Made by a program: the position numbers and the translations under genes
Shown: positions 30,826 through 39,749 of the stretch, piece by piece
Layout: each line of letters starts with the position of its first letter
Position numbering within the stretch: position 1 is the stretch's first letter
Assembly: GCA_963735595.1 (NCBI GenBank)
Contig: CAVTLK010000001.1
Location: 864,001 to 928,000, forward strand
Source: an uncultured delta proteobacterium
Lineage (GTDB): Bacteria; Desulfobacterota; Zymogenia; Zymogenales; Zymogenaceae
Reading direction: 5' to 3'
Length of the DNA: 64,000 nucleotides
Notes under the pieces: generated by a model
The model's input: only the letters and a program-made list of their open reading frames with translations
Databases searched by the model: none
What the model was told of the DNA's origin: nothing

Positions 30826-31815
30826 TTACACCACCATCTTGTTCTTCTTTGCCAACACCTCTTCGGCCTCTTTGACCATCGATTCCAGCACCTCTTTGAC
30901 GGTCATGACCTTCTTGATGAGCCCGATGGACTGGCCCACCATCAGCGGCGCGTAGTCCACGTTGCCGGTCTCCCAGGCCTGCTTGATGCGCAGGCCGGAG
31001 ATCAGCGGGATGAGGTCCTCGAGCTTGCCGCCCTTTTCCTCGATGGCGATGACGTCCCGGATGACGTCGCTCATCAGCGCCCTGCCCTGCAGGCCGATGG
31101 AGCGCCCGAAGATCGTCGTATCCATCTCCTGGCGGCGTACCAGCTCCTCCTTGATGTTGTCGTGGCAGGGGCACTCCTTGGTGGAGACGAAGCGGCTCCC
31201 CATCATGACCCCGTGCGCGCCCAGGATGAGCGCCGCCGCGAGCCCCCGGCCGTCGGCGATGCCGCCCACCGTCACCACCGGGATCTTGACCGACTCGGCG
31301 ATGCGGGGGGTCAGTATCATTGTGGTCACGTCGTCGGAGAGCGGGTGCCCCCCTTCCTCGATGCCCGCGGCGTATATGCCGTCGTACCCGACTTTTTCGG
31401 CGTGGACGGCGTGACGCACCGCGCCTACCTTCTGGAACATCTTGACGTTTGCCTTCTTGAGGGTCTCGATCGCGTCCATCCCCAGGCCCTTGTCCAGCGG
31501 CGCGCCGGAGATCTCCACGCCGGCCACGCGCTCCTCGGCGCATACCCTGACGTACATCGCGTGGTGCTCGGGCGTGATCCTCAGCGACGGCAGGATCGTG
31601 ATGCCCACCATGAAGGGTTTGTCGGTGAGCTTGCGGACCGCCTTGATGGCGTTGCGGAATTCTTCCTCGGTCTCGTAGTTGCCCGCGGTGAGGTTGCCCA
31701 GGCCGCCGGCCTCGGATATCGCGGCCGTCAGCGGCGGGATAGAGAGCCACATCATGGCCCCGCAGATGATGGGGTGCTTGACGCCGAACATCTCGGTAAT
31801 CGCCGTCTTCAACAT
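30826..31815 (-). CDS. nitronate monooxygenase / FabK-like flavoprotein
   Basis: HPIICGAM, EAGGLG, G.EEGGH, GGIADGRG, MGSRF. Confidence 0.88.
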   Translation of the reverse strand: MLKTAITEMFGVKHPIICGAMMWLSIPPLTAAISEAGGLGNLTAGNYETEEEFRNAIKAVRKLTDKPFMVGITILPSLRITPEHHAMYVRVCAEERVAGVEISGAPLDKGLGMDAIETLKKANVKMFQKVGAVRHAVHAEKVGYDGIYAAGIEEGGHPLSDDVTTMILTPRIAESVKIPVVTVGGIADGRGLAAALILGAHGVMMGSRFVSTKECPCHDNIKEELVRRQEMDTTIFGRSIGLQGRALMSDVIRDVIAIEEKGGKLEDLIPLISGLRIKQAWETGNVDYAPLMVGQSIGLIKKVMTVKEVLESMVKEAEEVLAKKNKMVV

Positions 31816-31853
31816 CGATGCCTCCTCGATAGGCTGTTATAATTTAAAAAGGC

Positions 31854-32019
31854 GCCATTGCGGGGGGCCCCGGTCTCCCGACGGGGCCGCCGCGAAGTTC
31901 GGTTCGCGGGGTTATGTGGCGCGGCAATCCCCCGGTTACGGAGGAAAGGTCAATGGCTTTACGGATTTTCCGGTATGTTGCTCGGAGATTGCCCCGGCCG
32001 TTTCACCACCCGCAATGAC
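31854..32019. repeat. degenerate family A element with inserted hairpin
   Basis: GCCATTGCG...GCAATCC...GATTGCC...CGCAATGAC. Confidence 0.6.
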
Positions 32020-32026
32020 GGTTTTA

Positions 32027-33014
32027 TTATCTTACTTTCCCGTCTCCCATGATCTTTTTCAAACGCGCCAGGCCCTCCTCGGCCTCGGCGATGATGTCGG
32101 CCATGATTTCCTTGATCGGCTTGACGTCCCCGATGAGGCCCATCCCCTCGCTCACCGAGATGATGCCCATGTCCACGTCGCCGCTGTTGTAGGCCTGTTT
32201 GCCGAACTTGCCGGCGGCGTACGTCAGGATCTCCTCCAGCGTCGTGCCCCGCGCCTCGATCTCGCAGACGGTCTTTGCCGTGGCGTTGTCCATGACGCGC
32301 ATCGGGTTCTTGATGGAGCGCATCACCACCGCCGTGTCGTTCTCGGTATGGCGAAACGATCCAGTCCTTGAAGTTCTGGTGAATCGGCGTCTCGGTAGCG
32401 GCCAAAAACCGTGTCCCCATCAGGACGGCGTCGGCCCCCAGGGCCAGCGCCGCCAAGAGTCCCCTGCCGTCCACGATGCCGCCTGCGGCGATCACCGGGA
32501 CCGACAGCGTGCGGGCGGCCTTGTTGATGAGCATCGTCGAGGCCACGTCGGCCATGCCCAGGTGCCCCCCGCCCTCGAACCCCACGATGACCACGGCGTC
32601 CGCCCCGACGCTCTCGGCCTTTTTGGCAAAGCGGACCTGGGTGATCTTGTGGATGAGGGGGACCTTTGCGGCCTTGACCAGCGGGATGAACGGCTCGGGC
32701 GAGCGGCCGGCCGTCTCGAAGGCGGCGACCTTTTCCTCGATGCCCATGCGGACGATGTCGAGGGTCTGTTCGCCGGGCGATACGTCCGGGAGCATCGAAA
32801 TATTAATGCCGAACGGCCCGTCGGTCAGGTCTTTCGCGCGCCTGACTTCTTTGCGCAGCGCCTCGGTCGATTCGAACGAGGCCGACGGCAAAAAGCCCAT
32901 GCCCCCGGCATCGGCCACGGCCGCGACCATCTCCGCGAACGACACCCAGTGCATCCCGCCCATGAGGATGGGGTACTTGATGTTGAGCATTTCGGTGATA
33001 CGGGTCTTTATCAT
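32027..33014 (-). CDS. second nitronate monooxygenase / FabK-like paralog (frameshift near 32352)
   Basis: YPILMGGM, GFEGGGH, AAGGIVDGRG, MGTRF; C-terminus in 32027-32329. Confidence 0.85.
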
Positions 33015-33091
33015 AACGCCTCCGGTGGATGATTGGGTGGACTGGGGGACGCAGTACATGGGTGTTAATTACCCCCGCCTCAATTACAAAG

Positions 33092-33146
33092 CTTAAAGTA
33101 TAACTTCATGCTTTAAGTATATAACAGGGGCGGGAGACGATGTCAA
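33092..33146 (-). promoter_or_regulatory. promoter plus inverted-repeat operator of NMO pair
   Basis: minus strand TTGACA 33141-33146; CTTAAAGTAT-6-ATGCTTTAAG 33092-33117 (9/10 arms). Confidence 0.6.
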
Positions 33147-33287
33147 GCATTTTTTTGCTGCGCGGGAGAAATGGTGCGTATTTAGGCGCCCGACGGGGCG
33201 CCGGGGGGTGGTTTAAGTAAAAGCTTTACATTCGGAACTATTTATAGTATTATTTACATAATTTTGTACCTATTGGGGAGAAAAGCA

Positions 33288-33663
33288 ATGAAATCCGTTA
33301 AGCTGTTGCTCGTTTTGGCTTTTGTGGTCGTTTTCGCGGCGGCGTTCCTGGGCGGGTGCGAGAAGGCGGCCAAGATCAAGGACACGTACATCACCGAGGC
33401 CCAGACGACGATCGACGAGTATACGGGCAAGATCGACGAGCCTGATCGAGAAGGCGGCGATGCTGCCGAGCCCGGCCAAGGAAGAGGCAATCGTCAAGAT
33501 CGAGATGGCCAAGGCCAAGCTCGAAGAGGGCAAGGTCAAGCTGGAGGAGCTGAAAGGGGCCGAGGCGGCCAAGTGGACCGGGCTGATTGGCGAGCTCAAG
33601 ACCATCCTCGGCGACGCCGCCACGCTCTACAATGACGCGGTCACTGCCGTGGGTGGCATGTAG
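33288..33663 (+). CDS. small helical lipoprotein (frameshift near 33436)
   Basis: signal and LGGC lipobox; coiled-coil C-terminus in the other frame. Confidence 0.7.
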
Positions 33664-33708
33664 ATTCGCCGCGGCCGATCGATTAAAGGTCGAAGTGCAG
33701 ACCTCAAA

Positions 33709-33737
33709 GGCGCCCCCGAAACGGGGCGTCTTTTTTT
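33709..33737 (+). terminator. intrinsic terminator
   Basis: GGCGCCCC...GGGGCGTC then T run. Confidence 0.75.
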
Positions 33738-33815
33738 ATGGGACGGGGGGCTTGACACGGGCGGCCCGTTCGGGCTATCCTCCGCTATCGTTTACCGCTA
33801 TGCGGAGACAGGCCC

Positions 33816-34205
33816 ATGAAACCTTCCAGACTGCCGATCGCTGCGGCCTGTGCCGCCCTGACCGTAATCCTCGCGGCGGCGCTGGCCTGCGGGACCGCGC
33901 GGGTCCCGGAGGCCGGCGACACCTTCATCGCCCAGTGCACGTGGACGCTTTCCGACTACGAGAAAAAGGCCGACGAGTTGGCCCTGAGGGCCGAGACGAT
34001 GCAGAGCCCGTTGCGGGAAGACGCGCAATACAAAGTATACCTGATGAACGTCAAGATCGAGGAAGGCAGGGCCAGGATCGAGGAATTCAAGACGGCACGC
34101 GGCGAACGCCGGAACGAGCTGATCGCCGAGGTCACGGCGATCATGAAGGAGGTCAAGGCGCTCTACGACGAGGCGGTGAAGGCCATGAAGGCGGTGGGGG
34201 AGTAG
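33816..34205 (+). CDS. small helical lipoprotein, probable paralog of previous gene
   Basis: ALAC lipobox; shared K(I/L)EEG and LY.(D/E)AV segments. Confidence 0.7.
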   Translation: MKPSRLPIAAACAALTVILAAALACGTARVPEAGDTFIAQCTWTLSDYEKKADELALRAETMQSPLREDAQYKVYLMNVKIEEGRARIEEFKTARGERRNELIAEVTAIMKEVKALYDEAVKAMKAVGE

Positions 34206-34482
34206 GTTACGGTGATCGAACGGCGGTCGTTACGCCGGCATAGATTACGGCCCGCCGGCATTGAGCATGGATACGGGCAGAGGTCCCGGGTATCCGCACG
34301 AAGAAACAATAGCAAGGGCCGTGAGGAGATGTGACCCTTTTCCTTTCTTGTGAAGCAGCTATCACGGCCGGACGATTGGCGAATCGCGAATGCGGACTGT
34401 CGGATATACTGCGGCAGAATCCCGTTCTTTTTATGGAAAGAGGCGCGCATAGTCATATAGTATAAGCCCGTGGGGAAGCACT

Positions 34483-35667
34483 ATGGAACAAAGCCATAAA
34501 ACAAAGATAGGCCTTATTGGCGCGGGAAATATCTGCCGGGTGGGCCATGGCCCGGCCATCACGGCGGACGGGAGGGCTTATATCGCCGCAATCAGCGATC
34601 CCGATCCGCACAACAGGGACGTCTTCGCAAAAAAGTACCGGGTAAGCGGTGTGTATGAAGATCACCGCGCCATGCTTGAACGTGAAGACCTGGATGCCGT
34701 TGTCATATCGTCGCCCCCGTGGCTTCACGCGCGTCATGTCCAGGACGCCGCCGAAAAAGGCCTTCCTATCCTGTGCGAAAAACCGATGGCGACGACTCTT
34801 GAAGACTGCCGTACAATAATCGAGGCGGGCAAAAAACACAACGTCTATATTCTCATGGGCCACTGCAAGCGTTTTGAACCGGGGCACGAGAGAATCAGGG
34901 AATTGCTGACGAAAAACGCCCTGGGAAGGATCTTCCAGGTCAACGTCTTCTGGTACTTTTTCATTCCGGATTTTACCGCAGGCCGGCTCGGGGCTCTTGT
35001 CAGCAAGCTCAAGGAATACGGGTTCGATATTGTGCAGAAGTTCGGTTTCTGGAGGTACAGCGACCTCAGGGCCGGGGGAGGCGACTTTTTCGACCACGCG
35101 CCGCACTACATCGACATTATCCGGTTCTACGGAATGGAGATCGAACAGGTTTCGTGCGAAACCAAGCGGTGTTACCCGAACGCTCGCCCGTATGAGGACC
35201 TGGCCGTGGCCACGTTCAAGCTTTCCAACGGCGCAGTCTTTCTCTATGACAAGAACGTCATCCGCACGGGAAGCCCGTATGGTTTTGAGCGTGGATATAT
35301 ATACGGGGAAAAGGGAAAGATCGCTTTCAGGGCCCGTCACGCCTACAAGAAACGCCGGATGAAAGTAGGGATCTACCGTCTTTCCAACATACTCCATAAT
35401 TTTTATTACCCTGCCCTGCCCCCGTACGGCAGGGGAAATACGATGTTTTACCGGCAGATGAAATACTTCATCGATCAAGTCCGCAACGAGAATACGATGA
35501 AAAACGGTATCTCCGGGACGTGGGGCGCCACGCCGGAAGACTCGTACCTCACCATCGCCTGGACCCTTGCATCGTACAAGTCCGCCAGGGACGGGATAAA
35601 GATCACGCGCGAGAACCTGTTCGATGAGATAGAGACGTTTAAGACCGGTCTCCCTCATGACTGGTAA
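34483..35667 (+). CDS. Gfo/Idh/MocA oxidoreductase
   Basis: GLIGAGNI, LCEKPM, GGG.FFDHAPHYID. Confidence 0.9.
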   Translation: MEQSHKTKIGLIGAGNICRVGHGPAITADGRAYIAAISDPDPHNRDVFAKKYRVSGVYEDHRAMLEREDLDAVVISSPPWLHARHVQDAAEKGLPILCEKPMATTLEDCRTIIEAGKKHNVYILMGHCKRFEPGHERIRELLTKNALGRIFQVNVFWYFFIPDFTAGRLGALVSKLKEYGFDIVQKFGFWRYSDLRAGGGDFFDHAPHYIDIIRFYGMEIEQVSCETKRCYPNARPYEDLAVATFKLSNGAVFLYDKNVIRTGSPYGFERGYIYGEKGKIAFRARHAYKKRRMKVGIYRLSNILHNFYYPALPPYGRGNTMFYRQMKYFIDQVRNENTMKNGISGTWGATPEDSYLTIAWTLASYKSARDGIKITRENLFDEIETFKTGLPHDW

Positions 35668-35762
35668 TATCCGCCTTGCCTTGAAACAAAGAAGCCCGGT
35701 AACAGGCCTGACGTTTTGTGAAGTGACCGCGCCACGTAAAACTGCAACAAGGAGGTTGTCTG

Positions 35763-37146
35763 ATGGAAGGTAAGAAACTGTCTCTCGGCGTTAAAATCGG
35801 ATACGGCGTCTGCGATTTCGGAGGGAACCTATTTTTCACCGCTACTGCGTTCGTCCTGATGATATATATAACCGACACCATGGGGCTCAAAGCGGGCCTC
35901 GCGGGAACGGCGCTTTTCATCGGAAGGATATGGGACGCCTTTTACGACACCGTGATCGGCTATGTCTCGGACAGGACACGCACCAGGCTCGGCAGACGCA
36001 GGCCCTACATGCTGGCGGGGGCCGTGCCGCTTGGCATAGCGATGATCCTCATGTTCACGAACCCGGCGCTTTTCAAAGAAAACCTCAGCCAGGCCGAGCT
36101 CTTCATATTCACCACACTCGTCTATATATTCCTCTGCACGGCATATTCCACGGTCAACATCCCCTACTGCTCCATGACGCCTGAGCTCACCGACGACTAT
36201 CATGAAAGGACGTCGCTGACGGGATACCGGTTCGGGTTCGCCGCGATCGGCACCCTGATGGGCGCGGGCGCGGCCTGGCCGATAGTCGGCCTCCTGAAGG
36301 ACAAGAACATGGGCTTCATCCTCCTCGGGGCCGTCTACGGGGGAATAATGATGGTGACCGCCCTGACCACGGTGTTCACGACAAAAGAGCCGGTAGATCT
36401 GAAACCGGCCGGGTCCGTGGGCTTTTTCAAGACATACCTCGAGGTCTTCAAGAACAAGCCCTATCTTATCATACTGTCCACCTACATCCTCCACATCATC
36501 GCTATCACGATCGTGAGCCAGGTGGCCGCCTATTACTTCGACTACGTCCTTGCCGCGCGGAACGTCATGAACCCGAAAGACGAGATAACCAAGGCGATGC
36601 TGATACTGATCGGGACCGCCTTCCTGTTTATCCCGGTCAGCGTTTTTATGAGCAAGAAGCTCGGCAAGAAGCTCGTCTATGGGGCGGGTTTTTTCATCAT
36701 GTCGGCCGGGCTGGTGGCGCTGTTCATGTTCGGCGACAAACAACCGATCAGCTTTACGATGATCATGATGCTCATAATGGGCGTCGGGGCTCGGCCTGCT
36801 GTACGTACCGCCGTTCACGATAGTGGCCGACGCGATCGAATACGGTTATCTCCAGACGGGCGAACGGAGGGAAGGCTCGTTCTTCGGCATCTGGACATGG
36901 GGATTAAAGCTCGGCCAGGCGCTGGCGGCCCTTTCGATGGGCTGGATACTTCAGCTCATGGGTTACGTCAAAGGCGTCCTGCCGCAGGCCCCCAGCGCGG
37001 AGCTGGGCATCAGGCTGCTGCTGGGTCCGATCTCGGTTGCCGTATTCATATTGGCCGCAGTTGGTGCTTTATTTCTATCCGATAACGGAAAAACGGTATT
37101 CCGAGATACAGGGGCAGATAAAGGAGATGGAGGCGGCAAAGGCTAA
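35763..37146 (+). CDS. MFS glycoside-pentoside-hexuronide symporter (frameshifts near 36790, 37060)
   Basis: KIGYG..DFG, WDA..D..IG..SDRT.TR.GRRRPY, NIPY, ERTSL; REG.FFG in 36823 ORF. Confidence 0.88.
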
Positions 37147-37208
37147 AGCTAAATGACGCCGCGATAGCGCGCCCTGTTGAGGAAAGGGAAAAGGCAAGGA
37201 AAGGGGAA

Positions 37209-37306
37209 AAGGGTCACGTCTCCTCGTGACTCTTTTCCCCCGTTTTCTCATGTTCGGCTATTGCCCCCGTTCAACCTGCGTGAGCTAAGAGGAGACCTGA
37301 GCCCTT
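37209..37306. repeat. REP/MITE-like inverted pair (family E); related half-site at 34323-34347
   Basis: AAGGGTCACGTCTCCTC...GAGGAGACCTGAGCCCTT; GAGGAGATGTGACCCTTTTCC at 34323. Confidence 0.6.
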
Positions 37307-37470
37307 ACGACTTACGAGGAAGCGGAGGAGGCGGTGGGGAGGTAATGGAGTGGGAAAGTTGGCACGGAAACGGACTTGAGTATACGATTAGGTCATATTA
37401 GAAAAGGCATTACGGATAACCGTAAATATGGGCAAAGATGAGTCGTGTCCTCGTATACTTGTCTTTTCGA

Positions 37471-37983
37471 TTAGTCTTCTTGATGTACGAATTCCCTCGT
37501 AGCAGTCTGAATCTTTGCTAGGATTCTATTGCATATTTTTAATAAAGCATCGCCGCTATTGAGACCCATTTCTGCCAATCGCCTTTCCGGTTCGCGACGA
37601 GTACTGATTGCCTCATTAATTGAAAGGACCTCCTCCCCGAAAGCCTCAAAAGCGGTGTCAAATTCTTGAACCTCGTTCTCGAATTCCTTACCGAAAAGGC
37701 CTAAGACATATCTTAGTTGTTCCTGCGCCATATCATAATTAGGTGTTGTTTCTGGCGGGAATCCTTTAATAATCCGTATGAAATTCGTTCGAGTTGTTTG
37801 TGTGAATATCACAATTTTCCTTATTATCTGAGCCGCTTCTTCTAACTTCTCTCTTCTATAATTCTTTTTCACAGTCGTCGAAATAAAGACATCGTAGTTG
37901 ATTTTCATCCCCAAAATTGAAAGCAGGAATCCCAAGATAGTTCCAATACTAGTAAATATTAAGTTAATAGCCCATGTATTCAT
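37471..37983 (-). CDS. hypothetical protein with N-terminal TM helix
   Basis: WAINLIFTSIGTILGFLLSILGM then charged helical region. Confidence 0.75.
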   Translation of the reverse strand: MNTWAINLIFTSIGTILGFLLSILGMKINYDVFISTTVKKNYRREKLEEAAQIIRKIVIFTQTTRTNFIRIIKGFPPETTPNYDMAQEQLRYVLGLFGKEFENEVQEFDTAFEAFGEEVLSINEAISTRREPERRLAEMGLNSGDALLKICNRILAKIQTATREFVHQED

Positions 37984-38122
37984 GTTTGATCATACCCATC
38001 TAGTATTAGAATTAATATAATGTAAATTCGTCTTAATTTCGCTCGGCAGCTCGGATAGGACTAGCAAACCGGGAAGCGCTTGGCTTTCATAAATCATTTT
38101 ATGAGCAAAGGAGGAGATGCTT

Positions 38123-39718
38123 TCACCTAAAATTTAGGAATAGAGAGCTGAAAATCTCTGGTAGGTAATTAACCTTGATTTTATCTGAAATTGTGTAGAT
38201 CTTATACTGCAATTCTTTAACTTCGAGAGTGCCATTACATTCATAATAGTCCGATAAGAGCTTGATTAGAGCATCGCCATTGAATTCGGAAATGCCTTTA
38301 GCTTTAAAGAATTCGAGTAAGAGGAATATTGAACCTGCGATCCTAGTTGCTTTCATATCCCAGTTACTGACTCCTATATCTATAATATCGTACGCTAATT
38401 CAATAGCGTTCTTCGAGAAGTTTGGATTTAGTATCGTGTTGTCTTTGTTGATCTTAATATCAAAGCAATATTTCGCGGTCTGATAGATTTTCGAATTCTC
38501 ACCTTCGTAGTATTCAAGTATACTAATCGCCTCCTTATGGCTGGTTGGAATAATTCTATGGTCACAGCACGAAGAAAAAGCAAGATCTAAACCTGCTCTT
38601 ATAAAGCTGTAGACTAATTTTAAGTCTCTAGGCAACGAAGGCTTTTCTTTTGATAGCATAATAATCTTTAAAAGAAGAACCCTCAGTCTAAAATGCCACG
38701 TATCATATCCATTTAAATCAGTAAAGTCGGCCGCAATCATCGGATAATGGGAACGGATTTCTATGCCATCTATTCTCATTGCGAGGGTCAAGAAATTTGC
38801 TAAATATATTATATCCGCATCTAGTATAGTTCTCTCTGTATAGCATCTAAATCCTATATGAGTTCTAATAATAGATGAATTCCTAAGGATTTTTAGCCTT
38901 GAAATCCAGTCAAGTATTCCTCTCTTATCTTTTTCCTTCAACGGCTCCTTAGAAATAAAGAGTAAATCATAATCGCTTAGGATTAGGGTGCTTCCATTGT
39001 ATTGTACGTAACTTAATTCATTTGTTACGGCGCTTCCCATTAGATAAGTACTTATGATATTCCCATCCAGTAATTCCCTCGCTGAATGTATGTCACCGTA
39101 AACTATATCATTAACTAATTGTGATTTGTTCATTGGAGTCCATACAACTGAAGTATCAACCATATGATCAAGAATAATCTTCATTAAACGTGACTCTTGA
39201 TCATTACTCTTCTCTATTCTTGTCTCGAAACTCTTAGAACCACGATAATAGCTAATTATGTTTGGAAAATCCACTTCATCTATTCTATCTAGTTTCTCAA
39301 ATTCGTTTTCGATCTTTAGGAATACATCATAGTCAGATACGCCGTTATAAAATTTTCCATATCTATTTAAAACCGCTTTCTCTTTTAGGCTCCTTTCGGC
39401 GTTACAGAATATAAGAATGATGGGGATATTATATTCATAACAAATCCTTCGTAGTTTCTCTCTCCATTTTCTTTTATAGAAAGACGCATCAACTACAACA
39501 TTTTCCCCGTTATCTAAATACTCTTTAAGTAAAAAGAAGAGTTCGTTATAAGTAGACTCTGTACTATGTTCGCCGAAATCAAAAGTAGTATTCTCTTCGC
39601 GAATTCTATCTGTTCCAAGGTATCTTAATCCTAAGAGATACGAGAGATTTCTGGCAAGTGTAGTTTTGCCAGTACCTATATAGCCAATAACAAGAATGCA
39701 GTATTTTTCTGTATACAT
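38123..39718 (-). CDS. P-loop kinase (AAA_33-like) fused to Pol-beta nucleotidyltransferase and helical C-domain
   Basis: GYIGTGKTT, TDRIR, VVVDASF; YLMGS...SDYDLL (GS...DxD). Confidence 0.75.
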   Translation of the reverse strand: MYTEKYCILVIGYIGTGKTTLARNLSYLLGLRYLGTDRIREENTTFDFGEHSTESTYNELFFLLKEYLDNGENVVVDASFYKRKWREKLRRICYEYNIPIILIFCNAERSLKEKAVLNRYGKFYNGVSDYDVFLKIENEFEKLDRIDEVDFPNIISYYRGSKSFETRIEKSNDQESRLMKIILDHMVDTSVVWTPMNKSQLVNDIVYGDIHSARELLDGNIISTYLMGSAVTNELSYVQYNGSTLILSDYDLLFISKEPLKEKDKRGILDWISRLKILRNSSIIRTHIGFRCYTERTILDADIIYLANFLTLAMRIDGIEIRSHYPMIAADFTDLNGYDTWHFRLRVLLLKIIMLSKEKPSLPRDLKLVYSFIRAGLDLAFSSCCDHRIIPTSHKEAISILEYYEGENSKIYQTAKYCFDIKINKDNTILNPNFSKNAIELAYDIIDIGVSNWDMKATRIAGSIFLLLEFFKAKGISEFNGDALIKLLSDYYECNGTLEVKELQYKIYTISDKIKVNYLPEIFSSLFLNFR

Positions 39719-39749
39719 GTCGCTATTTAGTAAAAGAACTATTTTGCTA

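Noticed and set aside
38123..39718. Calling the nucleotidyltransferase a CBASS cyclase or an MNT-HEPN toxin-antitoxin
   Set aside because: No Cap genes recognised, kinase fusion atypical, no convincing HEPN RxxxxH; kept as unassigned
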